Below are positions 11,973 to 26,113 of a stretch of DNA of 64,000 bases, in pieces. Position 1 is the stretch's first letter. Each line of letters begins with the position of its first letter. The position numbers were made by a program, and so were the translations under genes. Source of the DNA: Lama glama (taxonomy: Eukaryota). The stretch spans positions 80,168,001-80,232,000 of the forward strand of contig CM052817.1 in the NCBI GenBank assembly GCA_028534125.1, read 5' to 3'. The notes beneath the pieces were generated by a model, which was not told the origin of the DNA, made no database searches, and saw nothing but the letters and a program-made list of their open reading frames with translations.

Positions 11973-14719
11973 GTGGGGGGTTAAATTGTTTAATTGCTAC
12001 TCTCTCTTCCAGTCCCGCTACCATCCATTCTCTGTTTCCTACCCTTAGGAGAACATGAAAGTGCATCTTAAAGTGTAGTTGATTTCTATTTGAGGTTGCT
12101 GGCAATATAATATAGGGAGATGAGAAGTAATTAATTAGTGCATGTAATCACCAAATCATGGTGCACAGTAGAAGACTGCTTTCTTTAGTTTCATGAGTAT
12201 CAATAATTTTTATACTCGTGTATTCGAAACCAGTCTTCTTTGGTTTCTACATTTTTTAATTGTACTAATCAGTTTTACTAAACCAAGACAGTTATATTTT
12301 CTTGCATATTAGTATCTCACTCTTTTGTGATCCAAGAAAACAGTTCCAGGTGCTAACAGGACTGCTTTCTGACCTTTCTTAGTATTACTTAAAAATATAT
12401 TTATTGCCACTTTGGAATATGAAACCTTTCATAACTTTACAGTTTCACTTTTGTCTTTTTTCATGGTGAGAAAATGATAAAAAGGTTCTTTGAAAGGTTT
12501 GTCTTGGACACTCTTCATGTAAAATAACCAACCATGTATTATTAACTTACATGCACCTTTTCATTAAGTTTTTAATTATTTTACGTCACACACACAAAAG
12601 AGAAGAGATGATAAGAAATTCTCTTAATAAATTGAGTTCATACTTGCTGAGAGATGATTACATATTCTATTTACTAATTTTTATTTAATGTAGATTTTTA
12701 TTCAATATACAATTTAGTGTTGTTTGACAGTATTATCCAATTTTTGAATCTGGGTGGAGGGTATATTTAATGAACAATGGGTGTTCATTTTACTATTCTT
12801 TTAACTCTTCTATATGTTTTAAAATTATGAAAAAAATTGGGAATGTGAAAAAGTAATTTTCTCTGCATTTTCATTGTTGCTTTTATCTTGGTTTGATTAA
12901 TGCTTATGAGAAGAGCTAAAGTAGCTATGTCATATATCATAGTAGCTTATGTATGAGGAAATCAAGTCAGAGAAGTTAGGAATTCACATTGTATTGTTTC
13001 TATTTTTATCTTCTACGAAGAAAAAAGTTGTCTTTTGTTTCCAACGTAGATGTTTGTTGTCTGAAGGAGTTAAGTGTTATAATTGAATTTGAATTTTTTG
13101 AAACAGTGTCTTACACATTGGGAAAGTGATCAGAAAGAAAAATAGACATTGTAATTTTCTAGCCTGTTGGGAAACACAAACATTTTGGATGTACTGAAAA
13201 GAGAAACTCCCTAACACTTTTTGCAATGGTAATTACCTTTAATTCACAAGATAAAGAATTTTAAAACTTTAAACATTTCTTTCTCTGAGTTTATGAAAGA
13301 ACCCTTTAGCTTCCCCTGTGCATCTTTTCTAAACAGTGATTACAAGATTTATATTCTACTCAGAATTAAGACTTCTCCTTGGCTTGTGTGGCCTCTTAAT
13401 ATCCTTTGGCATCTGTATGTGTTTTTGTGCAGACTGTAGCACTTGACATATGCTTAAGTTTAGTTTGTCATCTGGGTCAATTACGTCAAAATATTTTCCA
13501 GTTGAAATTTCCTCTCTGCTTCTCTCTTGCTTTTTGTCTGGCGTGCTACAATAGATTAATTATCCTTGTATAGCTGGGCTGCTTTACTTTATGAAGAAGT
13601 GTTACTGATTCTGGAAGAAGGGTGGTTAGACCTCTGACAGGGATTTTCAGCAAGTCCTTTATTAGCTGTATTGGTGAGTATAAGAATGTATGAGCTTAGT
13701 ATATCTTTGATTTAGGGGGAAATTTTCTTCTAATGCTTGTCTTAGAGAGGAATTGTATAAAATACAGCCAAAAAACAAAACAAAAACAGAACAAAGCAAA
13801 ATACATCCTGTATTCAGGAAAAACCTGTATTCAAAGCAGTGTACAAGTCAAAGTAATTACTATTGTTCATTTAACTAGATCCTCTACTGTTCTGTTATCA
13901 AAAGTACAAAATAATCTGAACTTGGTAAGTTCCAAGTTCATCTTTAAGCTTTTAAAAAATTATATAGGCTAGTCTGTAAATCATAGAGCTTTCATTTTTC
14001 AAATATTGCATGGGAAACTGCATCGATACTTTTTCTATATACTGAATGCTTAAAGATTAGTTTCTAGGATTATAAATAAGTTAATGATGTTTAGGAAGGT
14101 GAGGTGACTTTTCCAAGTCCAAGTGATAGTGGTAAAACTGAAATTTGATCTCAGGACATTTTAACTCCAGAGTCTGAGCACCGAACTACTGTATTATACG
14201 GTCTTCTGTTTCCCTCCTCCTCACCCCAAGTACATTTAGTATCTAGTGCTTTTTTCATTAATTACACCAAGTTACTGGAGAAGGTAGTTCAGGCAAGTTC
14301 AGAGAAGTGGAAAGATGTTTCTGGAACCTAGTTTAAAAATAATTTTGTTTCTCTAGGCCAAAGAAAACAGAAAAATAGCCTGGCTGTTGGTTGGAAGTTG
14401 GTTGGGAGAATAAGAAAGGGTAATCACTGTCAAAGAAACAGGAACCTGACATATTAAATGGAAGTGCATGGAAAAAGACTAGTGGTTGAATACTGTGGAG
14501 CTTGAAGTTTACCTGTTAGTATATCATTTGTGCTCTTGAGATTGAGTATGTTACAATGAATAAAGCACTAAGCTAGGAATCAGATAGCTTTGGTTTGATT
14601 TCTAATACTAGCACTTTTTAGCTCTGTAACTCTAAACAAGTTCTCTAAGACTTAGTTTTTTCATCTATATAGGCTTTTTGAGAGGATTATATTTTAAAGG
14701 ATTATATTATATTAAAAAC

Positions 14720-15410
14720 GTAAGTGATAAAGTGTTGGAGAGCATAACTACTTAACTCCCTAAGTGTAGGCTGCATTCCACAGGGTGCAATGCAGAAAGG
14801 AGGGAGGGGCAGGGTTTCTTCGTAGTGGAGAAACCTGACAGACACTACCTCAGCGAGGTCATCAAGGTTAACATCATCAGTGATCAGTCCTGTTATTAGT
14901 GTGTACCGTGTGTACCGTGTGTACCCTTGTATGACGTGATGAGAATGGCACTTTATTTCCGGGGTCTTCCTCCCACGCACTCATAATCCATGGCAAAGTA
15001 TGTGAAATCATCAGGGAAACCCAAATTGGAGTAAAATACCTTGACCAGTACTCCTGAAGCTGTCAAGGTCATCAAAAATAAGGGCAATCTGAGAAACTGT
15101 CACAGTCAAGAGGAGCCCAGTGAGACAGGCTAAATATACCGTTATGGTTTCCTGGATAAGATCCTGGAACAGTAAAAGGTCATTAGGTAAAAACTAAGAA
15201 ATCTGAAAAAACTGTGGACTTTGGTTAATAATAGTATATTAATATTGGTTTATTAATTGTAACAAATGTACCATATTAATATATGACAAGAATAGGGGAA
15301 ACAGACTATGTATTGGGGGTAGGGGTGGGTATATGGGGATGTCTTTGTACTCTATGCTCATTTCTTCTGTAAACCTTAAACTTTACCAAGAAAACAAGTC
15401 TACTAATTAT
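14720..15410 (+). mobile_element. Old L1MC-type 3'UTR fragment
   Basis: Recognised motifs gtggagaaacctgacagacactacctcagc..aggtcatcaaggttaacatcatcagtgat and gagaaactgtcacagtcaagaggagcc..gatcctggaacag. Confidence 0.75.
14899..14925. repeat. 9-bp tandem repeat x3 (GTGTGTACC)
   Basis: Three perfect copies inside the L1MC fragment. Confidence 0.95.
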
Positions 15411-18400
15411 ATAAGAGTTTTAAGGATGATATCACAGACAGGGGCATATTATGTCCAGATTCAGTGAATGTAACTGAAGTTAAAAAAGATCAGCTCAGAG
15501 TTACTGCACTATACGGGATGACTGGATGCAGGGAAAGAGGAGAATCATGGGGGAATTGTCAGTTCCTTTGGTGAGGGCTTCGGAGGAAGACCTTCTTTCC
15601 TATTCATCATCCCACTGTTCATGATGATAGTGGAAAGTTACTGAGAAAAGCCCTGGGACAAAGTTGGCTAGAGAAATTGGGTTTAGGACTGCCCTGAGCT
15701 TGCCTGTTTCTCTGCAGTTCTCAGTTGAAGGCTATAAAGGTATATGTTGGTTCTGGCCCCAGACCCAGACCCCAACATTATAAAGAATACTTTCTTTCAG
15801 TGTTTTGGTTATTTTTTTTCTTTCACCTTGGGTACAGCTTCTAATTTAGAGTCTCACCAGGAACTATGTCCAGTTTTCATGTCTTTTGTGAACCCTAACT
15901 TTTTATTCTTCTTCTATAGATTTATTGCCATTTGGGGTCATCTATAGCCTGAAACCTTTTGAGTTTCTATTTAATTTCCCTTAGAGTTTTTTTTTTTCAA
16001 CTTAAAAAAATCCCTTTACTTTTTCAAATAGTGCTGTCCTATGTGCCCCATACTCTTAAGTTGATGGTTATTAGCATCAGTATTAAGTAAAGATAAAAAC
16101 TTAGTTTTATCACTGTTTGAATGGCTATTAGGTAATAACTAATAGCGATTTATTATTCTTAGGACAAATAGAATACTTACTGTGCCATTGTCAGTATCAC
16201 AAGTTATGTACAAGTTAGATTGGATTTACTTGAATTTGGCATTATTTGTGCACAATATAAACTGACATGTTAAAATTGCACATCATATGTTAAAACTGTA
16301 TGTTAATATTTTTGAGTTGGGCTTCTGTCAGATAAAACTGCTATATAAAAAATGATATCTTGACATGAAAGTATTCTATAAAATACTTTTTTGTATTTTT
16401 GGGTAAAAGTAAAAAATAACAATATACATAACAGATAATAAAACGTTTAACATTTGGAATCCAGGAAGACCTAGAGAAATTTAGAAAGAGAACAATGCTT
16501 TTAGACTTCTAAGAAGTTTACTTAATAATAGAGCATTCTGTTGTTGGGTTGGCTTAAATTTTTATTCATGGATTCCAGCTGAGAGAGATCAGTTGTTTTT
16601 TCCTTCTTTGAAATCTCTTTTGAATGAAGTTTAACTGGAGTTGAAATAAATATTACAATTTCATTTCTGTAGCACTTTAAAAATATTTGTAAATGTTTTA
16701 CTATCAACAAGGATTCAAATATGTATTAAGCACCTTCTACACCCGAGGCACTGTACATGGTAAACAAAGATACATTAGATAGGTTCCTTGCTATCTACCG
16801 ACTCATAATTTAGTGAGAGAGACATTTGACCAAACAAGGGATATAATGAAATGGGTAGCATTTATAATCTTGATGGTTAATTTTATGTGAGAAATGAGAA
16901 GGAAAGGGAGAAATCAAAGGTGAATAAAATGTTTACTTTTGATGACTGGCAGGTGGAAATACCCTAACTCTAGGAAGAGTTAGCATATGAAAAGGAAGTA
17001 ACTGGAATTTAGGTATGTGGAGTTTGAAATGCCTTTGGAAGATACGGCAGATATGTCCATAAGGCTGTTGAATATGGGTTTGTAGTTCTAGAGAATGGTC
17101 ATTTCTAGAGATGAAAACACGGTAGTTGAGACTTCGTGTTTAAAATGCTGCACAGTAGTCAGTAAAGGAGATTGAGAGTTACAAGAGAGGTCAGTAATAA
17201 TATCAGAGATTCTCTTATCACTTAATATGAGAGCGTGTACACGTGTACACGTTACAGTTGGCTTCCTTGTAGTCAGCATGGTCCCCACAGTGTAAGTTCT
17301 GAAGAAATGTGTCATTTTCTTTTCCTGAATGAATGAATTGTGGGGGAGGTTTGCATTATACTTTCTGAGAAAACAGCTTGAATTCTGTTTCCTTCCCTGC
17401 CAGCCCCCTCTCACTTTTTAGGGTTTACTTGCACATGGCATTTCTTGCCTAGCACTTAATGCCTGTTTTCAGACTCTTTGAAGTGCTCTCTCAAAATGGC
17501 CTTCTCTATATGCTGATGCTGTACTTTTTATTAATTTTCAAGATCCTTTACTCACATTGCATGTATGTAATTCTATCTCATATGAGTTTGGGTTTTTATG
17601 AGCATATTCCGTAACATTTAACCATAGTTAACACTTGGGTTAACTTGCCTTCCCTAGACATTTTGGAACTTATAAAAACTTGATTTGAATTATAATAGCC
17701 AAAAGCAACAGGCAGGTGTCAGACACATTTAAAAAGCCCTGGGGAAGACTGGAAAAACCCAGTAGTGATTAAAGAGGCAGAACTGCAAGAGCATGAGGTA
17801 TAAATATTATACGTGAATTTGTGACTGGTGTAGTGTGAAATACTGAAATACAGTAACAGATAAGTCAGATTTAGTTTTTACTGGATTATTAGAACAGTTG
17901 GACAAATTTTTACATGTATCTGGGTTGTTTTTGTTGTTTTATAAACTGGAACTCATGAAATCTTGGCATGGAAACATTAAAAATAACAGTACCCCTAGAG
18001 AAGCCAATTCATGGCATTCAGCTTACTTTTGATAGTTTTTCTTGGTCACCCTTATCAATAAAGTACTTGTATAGGCAGGTGAAATGTGGCAGAACTAGCA
18101 TAACATAGTTATTTGGTAAGTAAAATTGGAAGAAAATAACCTTACCTAGTTTCATCAGCCTTGTCTATTCTAGGGATTTATGTATTTTTAAAGAGTTAAG
18201 TAATTTATTAGCAAATGTGGGACTCATAAGACCTTACTATGTGTACCTAACCCTTATAGTTCAATATTAATGGTCTCTTGTTTATAATGGGTATCGAATA
18301 TTCTTATTTTTAAATTAACCTATGCTAGCAGCTATTTATTCAGAGTTAGACTTTCCCTTCCACTTGATCTGTTCCCACAAATACATTTGAATTTGAATTG

Positions 18401-20222
18401 TTGGTTCCGTGTATACTCTTAAGGGGACATTTCCCTTTTTAAACTTTTTTTTTTTTGAACTTGGAGAAAACAGAAGGCATCATAGTTTTTTGAAAGCATA
18501 GTATCCCAGGAACCCAAATCCTGCATTCTTAGCATCATTTCTGCCATCTAACTTTTCTAGGACTTTCGGCATTTCACTTTGTGCTTTGTTTTCCTCAGCT
18601 TTTAAGTGAGGTAGGTTAAAGTAAATGGCTTCTAAAGCCCTTCCACTAATAACATCCTACAAGTTGCTCACATAATGCTTATATTCTAGTCTGTTGCTTA
18701 TTCTTTTGCCTGCTGGTGGCTGAACATTTGGGACATTTCCTCTAATTGTCAGCTGTAATGGTTAAGAGACTTGACTCCCAGTTCTACCATTTACTAATCT
18801 GTGTCTTAGCAAATTACTTAACTTCTTTTTTTTTAAACTTCATTTTTTTCCCTCTAAAGTTACTGTGATGATAGTATTCACCTCGGAGGACTGTTATAAG
18901 CAATAAAGGGGATAGTACCTGTCAAGCATTTAGCAAGATTTCCTTAGCTGATGCTAATTTCTGCTTCTATTTTTCATAATTGGATGTATATTTAACCTCA
19001 AATAAAACAAAAAAGTATAGCAGCATAGCTTATGATCCCTTAAGTTTTTTGTTAGTGTTAGAATAAAATGTATGTATCTTTAAACTGAACTTAATCTTTT
19101 GCAGCTGGTTGTATCAGAATATAGTGATTTTTTTGGTGGGGAGCAATTTGAACTTCAAACTCAGAATAACCTTCTTTGGTGATGGTATTGCCTTGACTTC
19201 ATATAGAATTTTGGCTTCATATAATGTGTCGGTTCAGCTACTGGTGTTGCATTTTTAGGCCAGTCATCTAGGCAGGATTCCTCAGCTGTAGTTCTGTACA
19301 AAACCACTTGTTCCCTGGAGACCTTACAGAACTTTTGATTACTGCTATGACTTAGAAGTAATATTGACTTGAATTAGTTTAACCCAGATTTTCTTCACAA
19401 TGCTAAATTCTTAGGTTAGATTTTGAAATCGATTTGATTTTTTTGTTTGTTTATTTTGTTTCTGGAGAGAAAGCATTGTTTCTTATCCACAGGTTTTCTG
19501 TAGCCCACCTCTACGTGGTAGTAGAATGGCCCTTCACTGGTTGAGGCTTTAGACTACATTTTCACATTTTCAGCAAAATACTGTCTGTTTGCCTATACAT
19601 CAGATATTTAAAACATATTAACCTTTCTGTTATCAGTAGCACAATATTGATATTGTATTCTCAGATCATGAAATGATCATAACCTTGTACTTTCCAAAAT
19701 TAATATTCAGGTTATCTTCTTTTTTAGAGTCAGCTCTATGGAGAACTGTAATCATTTCTCCAGATTCTCTAACTGCTTCCTTTCAGTTAAGCCAGATAAT
19801 GAGAAGGCAGTGTATATACATTGATTACATTGCCTATTTAAATGACTGTCTTCATTAGATTACTATTTCATGTCACGCCCTTGACTTTTATGGAGAGTTG
19901 CAATAAGAATAATAACAGTAATACAGAGTTTGCATGATAATAATTACAATAAAAGTAACTGGTACACTAACAGTTTCCTTTCTGATTATTTTCAGGTCAC
20001 ACTTGTCTATTAGTCACTGTAAACTGAATAAAATTATGCATAAAATTTTCTTATCCCTTCCTCACTCTCCCCACTCCAACCCCTCCCCAACAAAAACTTA
20101 TTCTCCTGATTGTCGAAAGCTTGATTTATTTAATGAGCCCTGATTATTTTGTTGTTTACTTTCTTAAGTCTTTGTTCATAGCCCCCTTGGAGTAAAAGTG
20201 TAATTTATATAATATGAGTGGA

Positions 20223-20370
20223 GCAGACCTTGTTTTGCACTGTAGTGCAGGACTCTAAAAATGTTCATGCAAGGTGAAACGATACAAAATGATCTTAATA
20301 ATCAATGGGAAAATTGTAACTATTCTATGACCTTTAAACATTTGGCAAAACATTAAGAACTCTATAGAAG
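20223..20370 (+). mobile_element. Tigger13a-like (TcMar-Tigger) DNA transposon end fragment
   Basis: ttgcactgtagtgcaggactctaaaaatg..gatcttaataatcaatgggaaaa..tgacctttaaa resembles the remembered consensus. Confidence 0.55.
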
Positions 20371-20469
20371 TATATAAGGCCGTGGGTTTTGGCTGTATAA
20401 TAGCTTTCTTTCTTGTCTACCTGCTTCCAAACTGTCTTTGTTACCCCAGCCCTTCATTCATATTTGATG

Positions 20470-20715
20470 TATAGACTCCATTTTATGAGAACACTGTAAT
20501 TTATTTACCCATTTTATATTAATGAATTTTTAGATTTTTCCAAGTTTAGTTTTTTGTTGTTGTAAAGAATGCTTCAGTAATATTTTTGTACGTCCCCTTG
20601 TGTGTATGTACAAGAGTTTCTCTAGGATATATATACCTAGAGGTAGAAGTTTGTCATTGGGCATGAATAACTTAAACATGACTAGATATTTTGAAATTGG
20701 TTTTTTAAGTGTCAT
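20470..20715 (-). mobile_element. Ancient L1M(E)-type fragment
   Basis: Antisense ORF2 end: minus-strand peptide LLPLGIYILEK and gagtttctctaggatatatacctag motif. Confidence 0.55.
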
Positions 20716-20866
20716 TGATTTTTTGCCTTAATATTTTGATCAATTTTTAAAAATATTTTGTAGGCCAGGTTTTTCACTTAGTAATCATGTCATTGATACT
20801 TTTGGTGACTTTTGATCTCATTCAATATAAATGAACTGTTTCAAATTGTATGAGATTATTCTAGAT

Positions 20867-21046
20867 CAGGGGTCAGCAGACTATAGCTTTTGGGCCAAAG
20901 CCAGCCTGCAGTTTATTTTAACCTAGCCCTCTGGTTAAGAATGAACTTTATATTTTTAATAGGATGTTTGAAAGAAAGTGAATAATATGTGATACAGGCT
21001 GTATGTGGCCTACAGTGCATAAAATATTTACTGTTTGGCCCTTCAC
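20867..21046 (+). mobile_element. MER58-like (hAT-Charlie) non-autonomous DNA transposon
   Basis: Starts caggggtcagcagacta..gggccaaa. Ends tatgtggcctacag..taaaatatttactgtttggcccttcac. Confidence 0.7.
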
Positions 21047-22185
21047 ATTTTATCTTCTGCAGTCCCACAATACTTGGAAAATGCCTTCAGGTTTATATAT
21101 CTCACTGATAGCCAAGAGTGTAAATTTTGTGTTCCTATTATACAGTCTAACCTGTGTCTAAAAACAAACTTGTAAAATTGATTTGGTATTAAGTTGTTGC
21201 TATTTCCTCAATATACTTTAAAATGAGAACATTGTGTCTCAGCATAACTAGTGTTTCATTGTTTGTCTTTATTCACATTAATGCCATCTGAGGCTGTATT
21301 ATTTAAGAAATTAAGGTAATCAAATCACCAGTGATGAGGTTAGAGTGATGAGACTTCTCTGTAGTATCTTTGGGAAATTAAGCTTAAAAACCATTCTATT
21401 GTATAAACATGATTGCTTACAGACAGTTTAAGTACCACTGCACGAACAATTGATATACTAATTGTAAATAATGTTAGTCCTCCAAAGCACTATCCCAAGC
21501 AAGTTTTCTTGATAACTTTGTTTGCTTACAGATAGTTTATGTATTCCTTGGTTGTTGGTAGATTTCAGTCAGATGTAGAAGTACCTTTAAATGTTAGATG
21601 ATATTTTATAATATGCCATAATTATGGTTTTCATGCATTTACCCCCTATTAGCCACAAATATTAATTTTTATTAGATGTGTAATTATTACTCAGAAATAA
21701 TTTGGAAAGATTATTTTTAAAGAAAAGAGGAAAACATATAAGAAGAATATTTTGGGGGAGTGGGGAGCATTAGAATTAATCTTATTAATGTTATGTAAAA
21801 TTTACTAATGCATTGTCTTGGGTTAATCAGAAAATCAGGCAGAAGGATAAAACTGACCCTCTCCTTACTTACGTATTTCTGTGTTGATGCTATCAGATAA
21901 CTCATCTTAATTGAATATGATGAATGTCAGTATCTTTGGAACAACCGGATTTTTGTCAGACTGGACTTTGAGATATTCTTCCTATCATTTTTTTACTCTT
22001 ACCTTGACTGTTCTACCGTGTTCCTCACATGCTCTGATCTACTTACTTGTTAAAATACTACCATATTTCAGTGCTTTTGACTCACTCATCGTGGAAGTAG
22101 TATAAAAAAAATTAGAAGATTGTTTGCCTTTCATCAGGCATGTTTGTAACTTTTATGCAATAATTTTTTTTCCTAGCCATTAATT

Positions 22186-23858
22186 TCTTTTTTTTAATTG
22201 AAATACAGTCAATTACAACATGTCTTTCTCTGATGTACAGCACAGTATCTCAGTCATGCATATACATACATATATTCATTTTCTTTTTTTTCCATTAAAG
22301 GTTATTACAACATATTGAACACAGTTCCCTGTGCTATACCAAAGAAACTATTTTTTAATCTATTTTTATATAGAGAGGCTAACATTTGTAAATCTCAAAC
22401 TTCCAAATTTTTCCCCTCGCATCCTCTTTCCCCTTAGATAGTTTACTAAGTCTGCAAGTCTGTTTCTGTTTTGTGGATGAGTTCATAGTGTCTCCCCCTC
22501 AATTTTTTTTTTAGATACCACACGTGAGTGATATTGTATGGTATTTGTCTTTCTCTTTCTAGCTTACTTTGCTTAGAATGATGATCTCTATGTCCATCCA
22601 TGTTGCTGCAAATGGCATTATTTTATTCTTTTTATGGCAGAGTAGTAGTCCATTGTATAAATATACCACAACTCTTTATCCAGTCATCTGTCAGTGGACA
22701 TTTAGATTGCTTCCATGTATTGGCTATTGTAAATAGTGTTTCCAGGAACATTGGGGTGCATATATCTTTTCGACTTAGAGTTCCCTCTGGATTTGGAGTG
22801 GGATTGCTGGATCATAGGGTAAGTCAATTTTTAGTTTTTTGAGAAATCTCCCTACTGTTTTCCATAATGGCTACACCAGACTACATTCCCACCAACAGTG
22901 TAGGAGGGTTCCCTTTTCTCCACACCCTCTCCAGTATTTATCATTCTTGGACTTTTGGATGATGGCCATTCTGACTGGTGTGAGGTGATACCTCACTGCA
23001 GTTTTGATTTGCATTTCTCTGATAATTAGTGATATTGAGCATTTTTTCATATGTCTATTGGCCATTTGTATGTCTTTATTAGACAAATGCTTGTTTAGTC
23101 TTTTGCCCATTTTTGGATTGGGTTGTTTGATTTTTTGCTATTAAGTTGTATGAGCTGTTTATATATTCTGGAAATTAAGTCTTTGTCACATCATTTGCAA
23201 ATATTTTCTCCCATTCTGTTGGTTGTTGTTTTGTTTTTCTTATGGTTTCATTTGCTGTGCAAAAGCTTATGAGTTTATTAGGTCCCACTTGTTTATATTT
23301 GCTCTTATTTCCATTGGCTGGATAGACTGCTCTAAGGGAATGTTGCTAAGGTTTATGTCAGAATATTTTGCCTATGTTTTCTTCCAGGAGATTTATTGTG
23401 TCTTGTCTTATATTTAAATCTTTAAGCCATTTTGAGTTTATTTTTATGTATGGAGTGAGGGAGTGTTCTAACTTCATTGATTTATATGCTTCTATCCAGT
23501 TTTCCCAACACCACTTGTTGAAGAGACTGTCTTTTCTCCATTGTATATTCTTGCCTCCTTTGTCGAAGATTAACTGACCATAGGTCTGTGGATTTATTTC
23601 TTGGCTCTCTATTCTATTCCATTGATCTGTATGTCTGTTTTTATGCCAGTACCATGCTGTTTTGATTTCTATAGCTCTGTAATATTGTCTGAAGTCTGGG
23701 AAGGTTATTCCTCCAGCTTTGTTCTTTTTCTTCAATATTTCTTTGACAATTCAGGGTCTTTTGTGATTCCATATAAATCTTAGGATCATTTGTTCCAGTT
23801 TTGTAAAACATGTCCTGGTTAATTTGATAGGGGTCACATTAAATCTGTAGATTGCCTT
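22186..23858 (-). mobile_element. 5'-truncated LINE-1 (ORF2 C-terminus + 3'UTR), antisense to SPATA5
   Basis: Minus-strand ORFs 23358-23735 ([30 protein letters not shown]) and 22871-23110 ([27 protein letters not shown]). Poly-T at the left end. Confidence 0.93.
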
Positions 23859-26059
23859 TATGCTATAAGTTTTGTTTGTTTCATCTGTTCTTTTTATCTC
23901 CCCCCCCCCAACTTTTCCTACTTTCTTTTGGATTAGTTGAGTATGTTTTAGTATTCTAGTTTATCTCTCCTGTTTTCTTGATAGCTCAACATCTTGATTA
24001 TCCTTTTAAAAAGATACTTGGTCTAGGGTTTATAGTAAATACAATTTACAGTCTATCTTCAAATATTACTGTACCACTTTATGTATAATGTAAAATTCTT
24101 AAAGCAATTGACTTACCTTTGGATGGAGAGTTTAGACACCAAGCTCTGGGTATTACATGTACTACTGGGATATTGCTGCTTTTAGGTTCACCTTTTCTAA
24201 ATTCTTTGATTCGTTCAAACTCAAGTTTATTAGTCTTGTGTATAACTGAAAAGTCAGTGAACTCTGAGTAAAGTCCTAAGAGCTCTTCTACAGTTAAAGT
24301 GCATATAGTAACATATATTTCAGCTCATCAGAGACCTTTCTGATTTCTTTCAGGGTCTTGATGTATTTCATATTTTTGAGGCTGCAGAGTAAATCAACTA
24401 CGGACTCACCTGAAATGTTACTTTCTCTAGGAGCATCCTTGACTCCTAAGTAGCTCCTTTTTTGTGTTTTAGTAGCACCTATGCATGCCTCTGAGCTAGT
24501 ACTTGTCATCCCATGTGTTAATTATCTTTATAATGTGGCGTCTTAACTGAAGCTAGTTATCACTTATACCAGTTTGTGGCATTAGTTGACATTCTGCTAG
24601 GGATTGCTCTTGTGTTTCAGCCAGTCACATTTTTATTTAATTTGCATAAGTTGTTTAGGAAATACTCAAGCCATTGTCTAGTTACATTCCCTAAATTGTC
24701 TGAACCCATCATTTGCATGGGATACAACATGAATCTTGTTCAAAATAAGTTTGTGTATCTACACACGTGCATGTACATGTGTGCAGAAAAAGAAGCATGT
24801 ACATACATGTCTATTGGATTTGGAGTGTAGGGAAGGGTGTCATTAGAAGCCCCATGCTGGAAAGAACAAGAAGAGAAATCTCCCATAGCTGAGAAGGACA
24901 TCTGGCATTTGTAGGACAAGCTTTATACCAGTGTCTGAAGGAAATATTTGTGGTTATCAGGTAGGAGTTACTATTATTTTTTAATCTCATAACTTCCTGT
25001 GATATGATGACTGTATCATGAGAAAGTAAATAGGTGTGCAGTAAAAATGAAAGCCTACTACTTTTTACAATATATGATATTTTAGATACTTAAGAAAGAA
25101 AAATCTTAAAATTCAGAAATGTTAAATATCCAGAAAAAAGGACATCTTTGAATCAGTGGTAAGCAGCAAATCACTGGGAGTCCAGCCACTTTTATGGGGA
25201 TTCTTTTGTTGATAGCCAGCTAGTAAGAAATGATAGAATTTTATTACTAGAGGTTCACACCTTTCATCCTTGGTACCCCTTCTAAAATACCTGAACACAA
25301 GAAAGGAAAAGAGATTTCTCATCAACTAGATGGAGTCCTGAGTAGCAGATATCCGAAGGGAGGTTGAGACAAAGACTGAGTGAAGACACTTTGGAGAGTG
25401 GCAAGTCATTGTCATTGTCACAGTGTGATACTGTGACTGAGGGTTAGCAGTTTTGGTGGTCCTAAGATTTTGTCTATGCAAGTTGTCTTCGCTGGCTGGG
25501 ATAGTGGCTGAGAAGAGCTTCTTTGGCTCTAGAGATCCATGGAATCAGTGTCTACATGGCCAAGTGAGAGCTGAGTGCTTGAGAGCAGCATTTATATTGG
25601 AAATACTCAGGGACTGTAAGATAACATCATGGATTACATGATTCCCATTCCATTTTCAGGGATTATCATGGAGTCATAAAAAGAATAGTCCTGAGGTCTT
25701 GCATCTTGCCAGAGAAAGCTATTCATCTAGTATTATATTATTCTGTCTTCGATGCCCAGCACCTTGCCTGATAAATGGATGGATGGGTAGGCAGATTATG
25801 AACAAAATATTAAACTGTTACGTTTAGTCACAGCCACTGTATTGATGTGTAGTTTTTGTAGAATGGCCCTAAATTTTGAGGCATAAATAACACCTAGTGA
25901 AAATAAGCATGCTAAAGTAACCAAATTAATTAAAAGCAGATTTATTTTCTTTCTTTCATTTTCTCTCTCTTTCTTTTATGTATTTATTTTCCCTTTTATC
26001 AAAAGACATATATGATTGGATTTATAAATACACTGAACAATTGTTTCCTTTTCATGCAG

Positions 26060-26113
26060 GGGCCTGAATTAATGAATAAATATGTTGGTGAATCTGAAAG
26101 AGCAGTTAGAGAG
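26060..26113 (+). CDS. SPATA5: SPATA5/AFG2A internal coding exon (54 nt, GPELMNKYVGESERAVRE), D2 pore loop; too short for the ORF track
   Basis: Acceptor tttccttttcatgcAG| and donor GAG|GTAAGA. In-frame continuation of the previous exon. Confidence 0.95.

Noticed and set aside
22140..23880. TTTATGCAATAATTTT (~22152) and TTTATGCTATAAGTTTT (~23857) as the TSD of the antisense L1
   Set aside because: The left copy is not adjacent to the poly-T tail and the match is low-complexity with mismatches; TSD unresolved.
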